NCBI GenBank assembly: GCA_017525475.1
Contig: JAFXST010000028.1
Location: forward strand, 11,656 to 75,655
DNA: 64,000 nucleotides
Direction of reading: 5' to 3'
DNA from: Kiritimatiellia bacterium
GTDB lineage: Bacteria; Verrucomicrobiota; Kiritimatiellia; RFP12; UBA1067
Shown one piece after another: positions 6,860 to 16,464 of the stretch (the stretch's first letter is position 1; each line of letters begins with the position of its first letter). The notes beneath the pieces were generated by a model. The model did no database searches. It saw nothing but the letters and a program-made list of their open reading frames with translations, and was not told the origin of the DNA. Both the position numbers and the translations under genes were made by a program.

Positions 6860-7545
6860 TTGCGCTCTTGGGCAAGCTCGGCTTCGACTTCGGCCGCGAT
6901 TTTGCGCTCGCGCTCGTCGGTGGGCGCGGGTGCCAGGCCTTCAAAGCAGGCGTCGCGGTAGGACATGGTCTGGAACTGGGTGATGCCGAGGCTCTTGAGG
7001 TTGGGGAAGATGGCCATGAGCGAATCGAAGGTCACGAGTTCGCCGGCCGCATCGAGATCGGATACGGAATACACGGGGCGCATGGACGAGGCCGTATACT
7101 TGGAGACGGCGCCGCCCAAGACGATGGTGGCGACGCGCAATACTTCCTTCTCGAGCTGCTTGGGCGCGAGGCCCTGCGCATTGACGACGCCCCACTTTTC
7201 CTCCATGGCGATGAGCGAGAGGGGGAGCGCGGGGTCGCTGGCCACGAACACGGCCGCGTTGGCGCCGCCCATTTTGTCCTTGGCGCCAACCAGCGCGAAT
7301 TCGCCCTGGCGCAGCTCGGCGTTGATCATCATGATGTTGCCGATCTTCTTGGCGGCGGTGGCAAGCGGCTCTTCGGGAGCTCCCGCGGCATTGACGATGG
7401 CGAACACGCCTTCGCCGCCGATGGTCACCATGGGGCCTTCGTCGACCGGCGGGGGTGGCGGCGCTTTGGGGGCGGCGGCGCGCTTGGGCGCGGCAACGGC
7501 GGTAAAGGCGGCGGCAAGCGCCAGGACGACAACTAGTTTGTGCAT
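6856..7545 (-). CDS. Secreted hypothetical protein
   Basis: True start is MHKLVVVLALAAAFTAVAAP with GGAGG 8 nt upstream. It includes a Pro-rich linker. Confidence 0.5.
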   Translation of the reverse strand: MHKLVVVLALAAAFTAVAAPKRAAAPKAPPPPPVDEGPMVTIGGEGVFAIVNAAGAPEEPLATAAKKIGNIMMINAELRQGEFALVGAKDKMGGANAAVFVASDPALPLSLIAMEEKWGVVNAQGLAPKQLEKEVLRVATIVLGGAVSKYTASSMRPVYSVSDLDAAGELVTFDSLMAIFPNLKSLGITQFQTMSYRDACFEGLAPAPTDERERKIAAEVEAELAQERK

Positions 7546-7561
7546 GGTTTGTTCCTCCAAA

Positions 7562-8341
7562 TCAGTAGATTTCGCGGGTTTCTTCGTTGTAGCGCAGGGG
7601 CTTGATGCCCTCGGCGTCGAGCACCTCGTTGACCTTTTCCACAAACTCGGCCGCGAGTTCGGGCTCTTCCTCGATTACCTGCTCCACTTCGTCGCGGTAG
7701 TTGTTGCGCTTTTCGAAGCCCTTCTTGAGCTCCTGGAAGTAGAACTGCATGAAGTCGTCGGGGTCGCCGCCCTCCTTGATGAACTCGAGCATCTCGCGCT
7801 TGGCGTAGCCCACCATTTCCTTGGCGTTCTTGGCCTCCTCGGAATCGGTCTCCTTGATCTCGTTGTGCGAGATGAGGATGGCCACCAGATTGTCGCGCTC
7901 CTCCTCGCTGAGGCTCGGGATGGGCATGGGCATGTCGCCGAGCTCGGTGTGGCAAATCCACGAGAGCAGCTGCTCGGTGCCGGTTTTGAAGGTGCGGTTG
8001 GTGATGCGGTCCCAATCGATATCCTTGCGCACGTCGTAGATGGTGAGCGGGCGGCCATCGGGCCCGAAGCCGAACGGAGCATCGGCGGTGGGGGCTTGGG
8101 AGAGGGTTTGGGCGAGCTCGTGCACCGGGGCGAGATCGGCCGGCTTATCGGCGATGGCGCCCGCGATGGCGCGGCGCTCCTTGGCGGGTTTGGCGCCCGG
8201 AAGCGTGGGGGCGCCGAACATCACGACCCAGGCGGCGACGGCGCCACCCACCACGACGATTAGCGCGATAAGCCCCCGCAAGACGCCGCCGCGTTTGGGC
8301 TTTTGGGCGGGAGCGGTTGTTTTACCGGTATTCCAAGCCAT
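7562..8341 (-). CDS. Membrane-anchored hypothetical protein with an acidic C-terminal region. It is the first gene of a three-gene operon of unknowns
   Basis: 259 aa with an N-terminal TM (LIALIVVVGGAVAAWVV). A consensus promoter lies about 30 nt upstream. Confidence 0.5.
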   Translation of the reverse strand: MAWNTGKTTAPAQKPKRGGVLRGLIALIVVVGGAVAAWVVMFGAPTLPGAKPAKERRAIAGAIADKPADLAPVHELAQTLSQAPTADAPFGFGPDGRPLTIYDVRKDIDWDRITNRTFKTGTEQLLSWICHTELGDMPMPIPSLSEEERDNLVAILISHNEIKETDSEEAKNAKEMVGYAKREMLEFIKEGGDPDDFMQFYFQELKKGFEKRNNYRDEVEQVIEEEPELAAEFVEKVNEVLDAEGIKPLRYNEETREIY

Positions 8342-8374
8342 ATTGCATCCTAGCTAGATTTTCGAGATTGGGGG

Positions 8375-8408
8375 ATATTATACCATATTCCCCGCCAAAA
8401 TTCAAGCG
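8375..8408 (-). promoter_or_regulatory. Sigma70-type promoter. -35 TTGAAT, spacer 17 nt, extended -10 TGGTATAAT
   Basis: Reverse complement reads ccgcTTGAATtttggcggggaataTGGTATAATatcccc. Confidence 0.55.
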
Positions 8409-8413
8409 GAAAT

Positions 8414-9088
8414 TTAGCGATTGGCGGCCAGCCAATCGAGGATGCCCTGGGCGATGGCGCGGGCGATTTGGGCGCGGCAGGCGGGGTCGAACGCTTCGCG
8501 GCAACCGTCCGGGTGGGTCAGGAAATCGGCCTCGACAAGGACGGAGGGGATTTCGGGCGAGCGGGTTACCGCGAAATTGGCATGGAGCGAGTCGCAGGGC
8601 GCAAGGCGCGCGGCGATGGCCTCCGCAAGCCGCTGCCCGAGGTCGTTCCAGCTGTAGACGGCACGGTAGCGCACGGCGAGCGGATCTTTGCCCGCCGCGG
8701 GGGCATTGTGGTGGATCGACACGAACGCATCGGCCTTGAGCTCGTGGGCGCGGCGAGGACGCTCGTAGAGGGGAACGTCGCTATCGTCCTCGCGCGTCAT
8801 CATCGCCTCGACACCCGCTTTGACAAGCTCGTCCCGGACCGCCAGCGCCAAAAGGAGATTGGCCTCGCTCTCGAAGCGGCCGTCGTAGCCGCGGCAGCCG
8901 TGGTTCTTTTTTCCCCCATGGCCGGGATCGATAAAGACGAGCGGCGAGACGCGATCGGCCGGACGCGTTGCGGGCGTATCGGCGGCATAGGCGAGCTTGG
9001 TATAGACCCGCTCGGGAACCGCGTTGGTGTTTTCGATTTCGTCGGGGCCGAAGAGCGACATCATCGCAAGGACGATCAAGCCGGACAT
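8414..9088 (-). CDS. N-acetylmuramoyl-L-alanine amidase (Amidase_3 family)
   Basis: Carries the IDPGHGG and HHNA motifs and an N-terminal membrane anchor. Confidence 0.75.
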   Translation of the reverse strand: MSGLIVLAMMSLFGPDEIENTNAVPERVYTKLAYAADTPATRPADRVSPLVFIDPGHGGKKNHGCRGYDGRFESEANLLLALAVRDELVKAGVEAMMTREDDSDVPLYERPRRAHELKADAFVSIHHNAPAAGKDPLAVRYRAVYSWNDLGQRLAEAIAARLAPCDSLHANFAVTRSPEIPSVLVEADFLTHPDGCREAFDPACRAQIARAIAQGILDWLAANR

Positions 9089-9777
9089 AGGGTGGTTAAA
9101 GCGTTTTGGTAGGTTATCGCGGCAAAATCGGCGAATTCCACCCCTTTGAGCTCCGCGAGGAATTTGGCCGTATGGTAGACGTTGGCGGGTACGTTGGGCG
9201 TGCCGCGCAAGGGGACGGGGGCGAGATAGGGCGAGTCGGTTTCGACGAGCAGGCGCTCGAGCGGCACCACTTTGGCCGTTTCGCGCACGTTGTCGGCCGC
9301 GCGAAAAGTGACGATGCCGGAAAAGGACACCATAAACCCGAGATCGAGAAGCTTACGGCCGAACCCGGGCGAGCCGGTGAACGAGTGGATGATGCCCCGG
9401 GCCGGGATGTGCCTTAGGCACGCTAAAGTATCGTCGTCAGCCTCGCGGGTGTGGATGACTACCGGCTTATCGAGCTTTTGCGCGAGCTCCAGCTGCTCCT
9501 CGAACAGCGCGAGCTGCTTAAGCCGCGTTTGGGGCGAATAATGGTAGTCGAGCCCGATTTCGCCCACGGCATTGGCGTTTTTGTAGTCGATCGGCGCGCG
9601 CTCCACTTCGATTTGGTCGCGGTCGTAGCCCAAGGCGACAAAGCCGGTATTGGCCGCAATGGCGGCCCGGTTTAGCTCCGGCGAGCCGCCTACCGCCATG
9701 ACCGTAAGTTCCACCCCTTCCGGGAGCGAGCCCAGCTCGACGGGGAAATGCGCGTGGGTATCGAAGAGGCGGATCAA
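9076..9777 (-). CDS. tatD: TatD-family metal-dependent hydrolase/DNase
   Basis: Carries DTHAHF, GEIGLDYH, HTREA and DSPYL signature segments. Confidence 0.8.
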   Translation of the reverse strand: MIRLFDTHAHFPVELGSLPEGVELTVMAVGGSPELNRAAIAANTGFVALGYDRDQIEVERAPIDYKNANAVGEIGLDYHYSPQTRLKQLALFEEQLELAQKLDKPVVIHTREADDDTLACLRHIPARGIIHSFTGSPGFGRKLLDLGFMVSFSGIVTFRAADNVRETAKVVPLERLLVETDSPYLAPVPLRGTPNVPANVYHTAKFLAELKGVEFADFAAITYQNALTTLCPA

Positions 9778-11891
9778 CGCACGACCTCATAGCCGTGCGG
9801 TTTGCCGCCAGTGATCTTGAAGTCCACGAGTTTGCCGTCGCGCCAGCTGATATCCACCGTATAGCCGCCGCGCGCCTTGAGCCCCTGCACCTCGCCATTG
9901 CGCCACCACGACGGTAACGCCGGCAAAATACGGATCAAGACCTTGCCCTCGGGCGTAGTCTCGTGGCTCTGGAGAAGCATCTCGCACACGGCGCCGACGA
10001 GGCCGAAATTGCCGTCGATCTGGAACGGCGGATGGTTGGCGAAGAAATTGGGCAGGATGTTGCATTTGGCCATTTCGACCAGCATTTCGCCGGCCTTGTC
10101 GCCATTGCCGAGCCGCGCCCAGATGGCGGCGCGCCAGGGCCAGGTCCAGCTGCGCTGCGAATCCTTGGTGGTGGTGCGCCCTTCGCGCAGCGTGACTTCG
10201 GCCGCATGGGCGAAATAGGGCGTGGCGGCGCGGGTGATGGTACTGCCGGGATAGACGGCGAAGAGATGGCTGGTGTGGCGATGGTCATCGCCCTTGACGT
10301 CGATATCCTCCTGCCATTCCTGGAGCTGCCCCCAAGAGCCGATCTTGTTGCCGCCCAACCGCCCGAGGAGCGTGTGGGCGTACAGGTCGTCGTTGCGGCC
10401 CAGGACGCGCTGCGCCTCGATTACGCACTTCAACAGCTCGGCCAGGATCTGCTGGTCGTGCATCACGCCATCGGCCACCGGGCCATGCTCGGGGCTCCAG
10501 CCGTCGGCCACGAGGAGCGTGGCTTCGCGCCCCACCTTGAGGCGCGAGATCATGAAGCGCGTGGCGTCCTCCAAAAGCGGCCAGGCGACGAACTCGAGAT
10601 AATCCTTATCCTGCGTGTAGCGGTAGTGCTCGTACGCCATCACCGCCATCCACGGCGCGCCCGCGAAATTCCACTTCCAGCCGCCGCCGCCGAACGCGTT
10701 GAGCGAGGTGCGGTAGGCCACGCCCTTGGAACCGGGGAAGGCAAGGCGCGTTTCCCGGGCGGCGGTACGGTTGGCGGCCGCGAGGAAATCGGTGACCGGC
10801 AGCCACAGCTCGGCGAGGTTGGCCGGCTCCACCCCCCAGTAGTTCATCTGGAAATTGATGTTGGTGTGGTAGTCGGAATGCCACGGCGGCTGGTTGTAGC
10901 AGTTCCAGATGCCCTGCAGATTGGCCGGGAGCGTGCCCGGGCGCGACGAGGAGATGAGGAGGTACCGCCCGTAGTTGAACAAGGTTTCGATAATCTCGAG
11001 GTCCAGATACTCGCGCCACGCCGAGGAAAACATTTCGGTAAACCAGTTGCGGTTGATGCCGGCAAGTTCCTCCGACGCGGTAAAGTCGCGCGAGGGCGTT
11101 TTGCCGGCGGAGGCGATGTCGAGGCGCACGCGGTCGAAATACCGGCGATAGTCGGCTACGTGCTCGGCCTTGATGAGGCTAAAGTCGGCGTTGAAGGCTT
11201 GCGGGTACTGCCGGCACTCCTGCCCGAGGCCGAAATCGCCGCGCCGCAAATCGTAGGCGGTGCGCGCGCGCAGATACACGGTAAGCGTGGTGGGGCTCTC
11301 CCAATGCCAGTCGACGCGGGCGACGTAGTGGAGTTGGTTGGGGAGCACCCCCGCAAAGCCGAGCGAATTTTCGCCCAGGCGCACCGTGCGCTCGCCGTGG
11401 ACGCCGGTAAGCATCAGGCGCGCATCGAACGGCTCCACCGCCTTGAACCTGAGGGCGATCACGTTGCGCGGGGCGCTTGCGAACGCCTCGCGCTCCACGC
11501 CGCCAAAGCGCACGGTATGGACGGCGGTAGCAAGATCGAGCGTGCGCGAGTAGTCTTTGGCCTTGGGAATATGGGTAAAATTGATGGCGAGGAAGCCGAA
11601 ATTCTGGTAGTCGCCCACCGTCTTGTCGGTAAGCACGCTCTCTTTGACGCCGGACGCGCCCGAAATGTTGGCATCTCCCGTCCAGAGCGAATCGACGTTG
11701 AACTGCACGAGTTCCTGATCGGTGCCGCCCTGGATCATGGCGCCCAACCGGCCGTTGCCGATGGGGTACCAGCTGTTCATCAGCTGCGCGTCGCCGGGAC
11801 GGTCAGCCCAAATCCGAGTTCCGCCCGTCGCCGAAGGCGCGATCGCGCTGACGGCGCACGTGGCGATTGCCAAAGCCGTGATGGGTTTCAT
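9774..11891 (-). CDS. Glycoside hydrolase family 95-like protein (alpha-L-fucosidase-like), secreted
   Basis: Likely start is MKPITALAIATCAVSAIA (signal peptide). The N-terminus NSWYPIGNGRLGAMIQGG...VQFNVDSLW is typical of GH95. Confidence 0.65.
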   Translation of the reverse strand: MKPITALAIATCAVSAIAPSATGGTRIWADRPGDAQLMNSWYPIGNGRLGAMIQGGTDQELVQFNVDSLWTGDANISGASGVKESVLTDKTVGDYQNFGFLAINFTHIPKAKDYSRTLDLATAVHTVRFGGVEREAFASAPRNVIALRFKAVEPFDARLMLTGVHGERTVRLGENSLGFAGVLPNQLHYVARVDWHWESPTTLTVYLRARTAYDLRRGDFGLGQECRQYPQAFNADFSLIKAEHVADYRRYFDRVRLDIASAGKTPSRDFTASEELAGINRNWFTEMFSSAWREYLDLEIIETLFNYGRYLLISSSRPGTLPANLQGIWNCYNQPPWHSDYHTNINFQMNYWGVEPANLAELWLPVTDFLAAANRTAARETRLAFPGSKGVAYRTSLNAFGGGGWKWNFAGAPWMAVMAYEHYRYTQDKDYLEFVAWPLLEDATRFMISRLKVGREATLLVADGWSPEHGPVADGVMHDQQILAELLKCVIEAQRVLGRNDDLYAHTLLGRLGGNKIGSWGQLQEWQEDIDVKGDDHRHTSHLFAVYPGSTITRAATPYFAHAAEVTLREGRTTTKDSQRSWTWPWRAAIWARLGNGDKAGEMLVEMAKCNILPNFFANHPPFQIDGNFGLVGAVCEMLLQSHETTPEGKVLIRILPALPSWWRNGEVQGLKARGGYTVDISWRDGKLVDFKITGGKPHGYEVVR

Positions 11892-12501
11892 GTACGAATC
11901 CTTTCCCTCGCAATACCGGAACGCCCCAACCATAGCGGATAGCCAGGGCCCTCAGGATGAAAATGGCCACTACGCAAATGATGCCGGAAATATCGGTACT
12001 TACGCCGAGCTTGATGAGCGCCATGTAGAGCCCGCCGCCCGCCGCGCACGCCATGCCGTAGAGTTCCTTGCGGAAGATTAGCGGCACTTCGTTGATGAGC
12101 ACGTCACGGATGACGCCGCCGAAAACCGCGGTGATGACGCCCATGATGATCGAGACCATGCCGCCGAAACCCGCGACCAGGGTCTTTTCGAGACCGACGA
12201 CCATGAAGACCGAGATCGAGATCGTATCGAACACGAACCAGGTGATCTTTTCGGAGATGAACTGGCGGCCGAAGATCCACATCATGACGAGCGCGAGGAA
12301 CGTGGTGAGGATGTAGGAGGGATCGTCCATCCAGAAAGGATGCGTCTGCAGCAGGAGATCGCGCAAGGTGCCGCCGCCCAGGGCCGTCGCAAAGCCGATC
12401 ACGAACGCGCCGAACCAGTCGAATTTTTTGGCGCTCGCGAGCCGAATGCCCGAGACTGCGCCGGCGAAAGAGCCGATATGGAAAAGGATTACCTCGAACA
12501 T
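11803..12501 (-). CDS. UPF0126-family membrane protein (YadS/TRIC-like, two GGG-RD repeats)
   Basis: Carries LGGGTLRDLLL and FGGVIRDVL repeats. The C-terminal tail overlaps the GH95 start. Confidence 0.6.
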   Translation of the reverse strand: MFEVILFHIGSFAGAVSGIRLASAKKFDWFGAFVIGFATALGGGTLRDLLLQTHPFWMDDPSYILTTFLALVMMWIFGRQFISEKITWFVFDTISISVFMVVGLEKTLVAGFGGMVSIIMGVITAVFGGVIRDVLINEVPLIFRKELYGMACAAGGGLYMALIKLGVSTDISGIICVVAIFILRALAIRYGWGVPVLRGKGFVHETHHGFGNRHVRRQRDRAFGDGRNSDLG

Positions 12502-12505
12502 CGCG

Positions 12506-13453
12506 TCAGAACTTGTTCTTGCGCGAGAGGATGTAGAAGACGGCCCCGATGATCGCGGCCAGCACCGCCGAAATGCCCATCACGAAGCCGAAGGCGTGGT
12601 GGGTGGCCTGGAACGGCAAGGCGATGTTCATGCCGTAGATCGACGCGATTAGGGTAGGTACGGCCAAAAGAATGGTGACGGCCGTCAGGTACTTCATCAC
12701 GTTGTTCATGTTGTTGTTGATGATCGAGGCGAACGCGTCCAAAGTGCCGTTCAAAATGTTGGCGTGGATGGTGGCCGTCTCCAGCGCCTGCTCGTATTCG
12801 ACCATGGCGTCTTCGAGCTGGTCGCGGTCGTCCTCCGAAAGCTGGAGCTGGCGCGAGGTGTTGGCGCGCGCGAGGGCGATGGTGTCGGCCTTGAGCGAGG
12901 TGGTGAAGTAGACGAGCGCCTTCTCGATGTTGAGGAACTTGAGCAAGATCTCGTTGGAGATCGACTCGTGGATCTCGTCTTCGAGGGCGTCGGTTCGCTG
13001 GTGGAGATCGTGCAGGTAGCGGAGGAACAGCACCCCGCCGTGCCACAAGAGGCGGAACGCGAAGCGGCAACGGTCGGAAGGCGGACAGACGCGGCGGATC
13101 TGGTCGAGAAACGCGGCGGTGACCGGCGTCTGCACGTTGCAGACGGTGACTACCATGTCGGACAAAAGGATGATGCCGATAGGCACCGTGCGGTAGGGCA
13201 CGACATCGTCGTCGTCGACCATGTACGGCACGTGGATGAGGAGCATCGTAACCCCGTCGTCGTAGTCGAAACGCGGGCGTTCGTCGCGGTCCAGGGGGTC
13301 GGTAAGGAAGTCGCGCGGGATGATGCCGCCGGAAAAGCCGAGCACGCTCTCGAGCTCGGTGGTGGTGGGCTCCACCAGATTTATCCAGCAATTGGGCACG
13401 AAGTTGGGGCTCTCGCGAAGCCCGCCGTTCTCCCACTTGTAGATGGTCATCAT
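12506..13453 (-). CDS. corA: CorA-family magnesium/cobalt transporter
   Basis: YGMNIALP (the GMN motif) is followed by two TM helices at the C-terminus. Confidence 0.8.
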   Translation of the reverse strand: MMTIYKWENGGLRESPNFVPNCWINLVEPTTTELESVLGFSGGIIPRDFLTDPLDRDERPRFDYDDGVTMLLIHVPYMVDDDDVVPYRTVPIGIILLSDMVVTVCNVQTPVTAAFLDQIRRVCPPSDRCRFAFRLLWHGGVLFLRYLHDLHQRTDALEDEIHESISNEILLKFLNIEKALVYFTTSLKADTIALARANTSRQLQLSEDDRDQLEDAMVEYEQALETATIHANILNGTLDAFASIINNNMNNVMKYLTAVTILLAVPTLIASIYGMNIALPFQATHHAFGFVMGISAVLAAIIGAVFYILSRKNKF

Positions 13454-13484
13454 GGATAAACCTCCTTCCCGGTTGCCGCCGTCC

Positions 13485-14495
13485 TCAGGCCAGCTGGCTC
13501 AGGAAGCGGATGTCGTTTTCGTACAGCCAGCGGATATCGGGGATGCCGTACTTGATCATGGCGATGCGCTCCACGCCGAAGCCGAAGGCATAGCCCGAAA
13601 CCGCCTTGGGGTCGTACCCCACGAAGCCGAAGACGCGCGGATCGACCATGCCGGCGCCGGCGACCTCGATCCAGCCCGAATCCTTGCAGACGCGGCAGCC
13701 TTTGCCTTTGCAGACGTGGCAGGAAAAATCCACCTCCACCGAAGGTTCGGTGAACGGGAAGAAGTGGGGGCGGAAACGCACCTTGACGCCGTCGCCCATC
13801 ATTTCGCGGGCGAAATACGCGAGGACGCTCTTCAAATCGGCGAGCGACACCGGCTTGGTGTCGACGTAGAGCCCTTCGATCTGGTGGAAGTTGGCGCTAT
13901 GGGTGGCGTCGGTGGTGTCGCGCCGGAAAGTGCGGCCGGGGCAGATCACGCGGATCGGCGGCTTGTTGGCCAGCATGGTGCGGATCTGCACGGGCGAAGT
14001 CTGCGTGCGCAGGAGGCAATCGTCGTTGAACCAGAAGGTGTCGGTGCGGTCCTGCGAGGGATGGTGCGCGGGCGTGTTGAGCGCCGTAAAGTTGTTGAAG
14101 CGGTTCTCGAGCTCGGGGCCGTCGGCCACCGTAAAGCCCAAATGGCCGAAGATGCGCGCGGTTTCCTCGATGACGCGGCTGAGCGGATGCTTGGCGCCCA
14201 AGGTAAACCACCGCCCCGGCATGGTAAGGTCGGCAGCGACCGCCTTTTCGGCCTTGTCGCCCAGGCCCTTCTCCGCCAGCGCCTTTTCGACCTCGGCCTT
14301 CCACGCCTGGATGGCCTTGCCGAACGCCGGACGCTCGGCCGGCGGCACGTCCTTCATGCCCTTGATGAGCGCGGGGATGGACCCGTTGCGCCCGATGTAC
14401 TTGACGCGCAAAGCCTCCACCGCCGCGGCGTCGCCGGCGGCGGCGATTTCGGCGAGGCTCTGCGAGCGTGCGATCTCCAATTCTGCCAATGTCAT
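13485..14495 (-). CDS. pheS: Phenylalanine--tRNA ligase alpha subunit
   Basis: Start is MTLAELE with GGAG 8 nt upstream. The class II synthetase core FRPHFFPFTEPSVEVD is present. pheT is not adjacent. Confidence 0.85.
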   Translation of the reverse strand: MTLAELEIARSQSLAEIAAAGDAAAVEALRVKYIGRNGSIPALIKGMKDVPPAERPAFGKAIQAWKAEVEKALAEKGLGDKAEKAVAADLTMPGRWFTLGAKHPLSRVIEETARIFGHLGFTVADGPELENRFNNFTALNTPAHHPSQDRTDTFWFNDDCLLRTQTSPVQIRTMLANKPPIRVICPGRTFRRDTTDATHSANFHQIEGLYVDTKPVSLADLKSVLAYFAREMMGDGVKVRFRPHFFPFTEPSVEVDFSCHVCKGKGCRVCKDSGWIEVAGAGMVDPRVFGFVGYDPKAVSGYAFGFGVERIAMIKYGIPDIRWLYENDIRFLSQLA

Positions 14496-14517
14496 TATCT
14501 CAACTCCAAAAACGGCG

Positions 14518-15906
14518 TCACTGGCCATGCTGGGCCTTGAGCGCCTGGGAAACGGCCAGCATGCGATCGGCCAGATCTTCGAAGCCCACGTCGTTGGAAT
14601 AGACGTCCTTGTAGCAGGAGTAGGCCTTTTCGAGGTCGCCGGCGCTTTCGGCGCAGAGACCGAGCTGGTAGACGACCTTCTTCTTGAGCTCGTCCATGGT
14701 GGGGATCTGGTCGCGGGCGGTCTCGAGCTGCATGATGCCCATGTCGGTCTGGCCCTTCATGATGAAGCACATCGCAAGGTAATAGAGCGCCCAGAGCCGG
14801 TCCTTGGGGGACTTCTGCGCGAGCTGCAGGTGCTCGAGCGCCTCGTCGTAGTATTCGTAGGTGAAGTACTGGAGCCCCAGTTCGTAGCGGAGGTGCAGAT
14901 CGTTGGGGTAGCGCTCCACGCGCTGGGCGAGATCGTCGAACACGAACTGGTTCTTCTCGGCCTCGAGGTTCTGCGCGCCTTCCTCGTCGCCCGCTTCGCG
15001 CAGCGCGGCGATCTGCTGGTCGTAGTAGTTGACGCGGTTCTGGCTGAGCATGCGGTCGAGCTCGGGATCCATGGCGCCGGCGGCCTGGATGGCCTCTTCG
15101 AGCGTCTGCACGGCCTCGGCGTAGCGCTTGTTCTGCGCGTAGAGACGCGCCAAGGCCCGGCGGGCGTTCATGTTCTTGGGTTCGGCCGCGATCTGCTGGA
15201 GCTTCTCCTGGATGAGCGCTTCGGCGTCGTCGCCGGTGATCACCGCCTTGTTGGCCTGGTCGAGCTTCTTGGCCTGCTCCTTGTTGGCGATGAGGTTCTG
15301 GAAGCCGCCCTTCTTGCCGGCGGTCGCCTCCCAGCCCGAGCTCATGGTGGCGCGGGCTTCGGCGTTCTTGAGCATCGCCAGCACGCGCTGGTCGCCCGGC
15401 TTCATCTCGGAGAGCTTCTGGTACGCGTCGCGCGCCTTGTCCCAGCGTTGGGCCATGGTGTAGTAGGTGGCCACCCGCTCCAGAAGCGCGGGATCGCGGT
15501 TGGAGCACTCGTAGGCCGCCTCGATGGTGATGGCGGCGTGGTCGGCCTTGCCGGCGGCCTCGGCCGCCTTGACGGCGCATTCCATGTTGTCGGCGTCGAG
15601 CGGGTTCTGCTTGAGGAGCTCCTCGGCTTCGGCCATGGCGGCGCGGCCATCGCCCTTCTTGACGAGGCCCATGATCTTGTTGCGGGCCATCATGTAGCCG
15701 AGCTTGGCGCCGAAACCGGCCTTGCCGTTGCGCTTGAAGTTGGCGATCTGGGCCGCGCGCAGGAGCTTGCGCGTTTCGAGCACGTCGGGCGCCGCTTTGA
15801 TGGCCTCCATGAGCATGTCCACCGCGAGTTCGTACTTGCCGGACTCCAGCGCCTGCCGGCCGCGATTGGTGAAGTTCTGGGCTTTCTGCGCCAAATCAAC
15901 TGCCAT
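14518..15906 (-). CDS. Tetratricopeptide-repeat protein
   Basis: TPR-like repeats are present throughout the 462 aa. Confidence 0.6.
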   Translation of the reverse strand: MAVDLAQKAQNFTNRGRQALESGKYELAVDMLMEAIKAAPDVLETRKLLRAAQIANFKRNGKAGFGAKLGYMMARNKIMGLVKKGDGRAAMAEAEELLKQNPLDADNMECAVKAAEAAGKADHAAITIEAAYECSNRDPALLERVATYYTMAQRWDKARDAYQKLSEMKPGDQRVLAMLKNAEARATMSSGWEATAGKKGGFQNLIANKEQAKKLDQANKAVITGDDAEALIQEKLQQIAAEPKNMNARRALARLYAQNKRYAEAVQTLEEAIQAAGAMDPELDRMLSQNRVNYYDQQIAALREAGDEEGAQNLEAEKNQFVFDDLAQRVERYPNDLHLRYELGLQYFTYEYYDEALEHLQLAQKSPKDRLWALYYLAMCFIMKGQTDMGIMQLETARDQIPTMDELKKKVVYQLGLCAESAGDLEKAYSCYKDVYSNDVGFEDLADRMLAVSQALKAQHGQ

Positions 15907-15945
15907 AACTGTCTCCTTGCAACTTTAGCTTGAAATTCCTTTGGG

Positions 15946-16464
15946 TTACCACGGGTACGCGACGATATCGTCGACGATCTGCCGCGCCAGATCGTCGGCC
16001 GCCCGGGCCGATGCGTCGCGCCGGGACGTCAAAGTATCGCTCGGGGTGTCGTCATAGACGGTATACGCGGTATACTTCTTGTTGTCCACCACTACCTGAC
16101 CGCGCCGCTTGTCGATGACCGACACCTTAGCCACGATGGTAAGGCGCGAAGAAAAATGGCGACCGTTGGACATGCGGTCGCCCGCCAGCCTGGAAGCCGA
16201 GGTATTGACGATTACGCCTTGCACTTCAACTGCGGCATCGCCCACATCGCGGATTTTGAAGGTGCCCTCGCGCTGGAACTCGCGCAGCAACTGGCGGGTG
16301 GCCACGGGCCCGAGCTCGGTGATGTCGCTCTCGTTGCGGAAAGTGGGCACGCTCACGGTGCGCAGCTCCTGGGGCACCTTGCTGGTCCACTGGTAAGTCG
16401 TCTTGCAGCCGGCCATGGCCAGCGCCAAGAGCATCGCGGGGAGGATAAACCTAGTCATATTCAT
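15946..16464 (-). CDS. Outer-membrane lipoprotein, LptE-like
   Basis: MNMTRFILPAMLLALAMAGC carries a lipobox. It is about 170 aa and has an ATGA overlap with the upstream TPR gene. Confidence 0.5.
   Translation of the reverse strand: MNMTRFILPAMLLALAMAGCKTTYQWTSKVPQELRTVSVPTFRNESDITELGPVATRQLLREFQREGTFKIRDVGDAAVEVQGVIVNTSASRLAGDRMSNGRHFSSRLTIVAKVSVIDKRRGQVVVDNKKYTAYTVYDDTPSDTLTSRRDASARAADDLARQIVDDIVAYPW

Noticed and set aside
13891-15933. 680-aa plus-strand ORF
   Set aside because: It is antisense to pheS and the TPR gene. It is Ala/Gly/Arg/Leu-rich with no recognisable family, the typical spurious ORF of a high-GC genome. The same applies to the plus-strand ORFs 6965-8263, 9963-11942, 16560-17960, 18363-19976, 25273-26571, 29639-31177, 37778-39736, 59146-60387 and 62017-63333.
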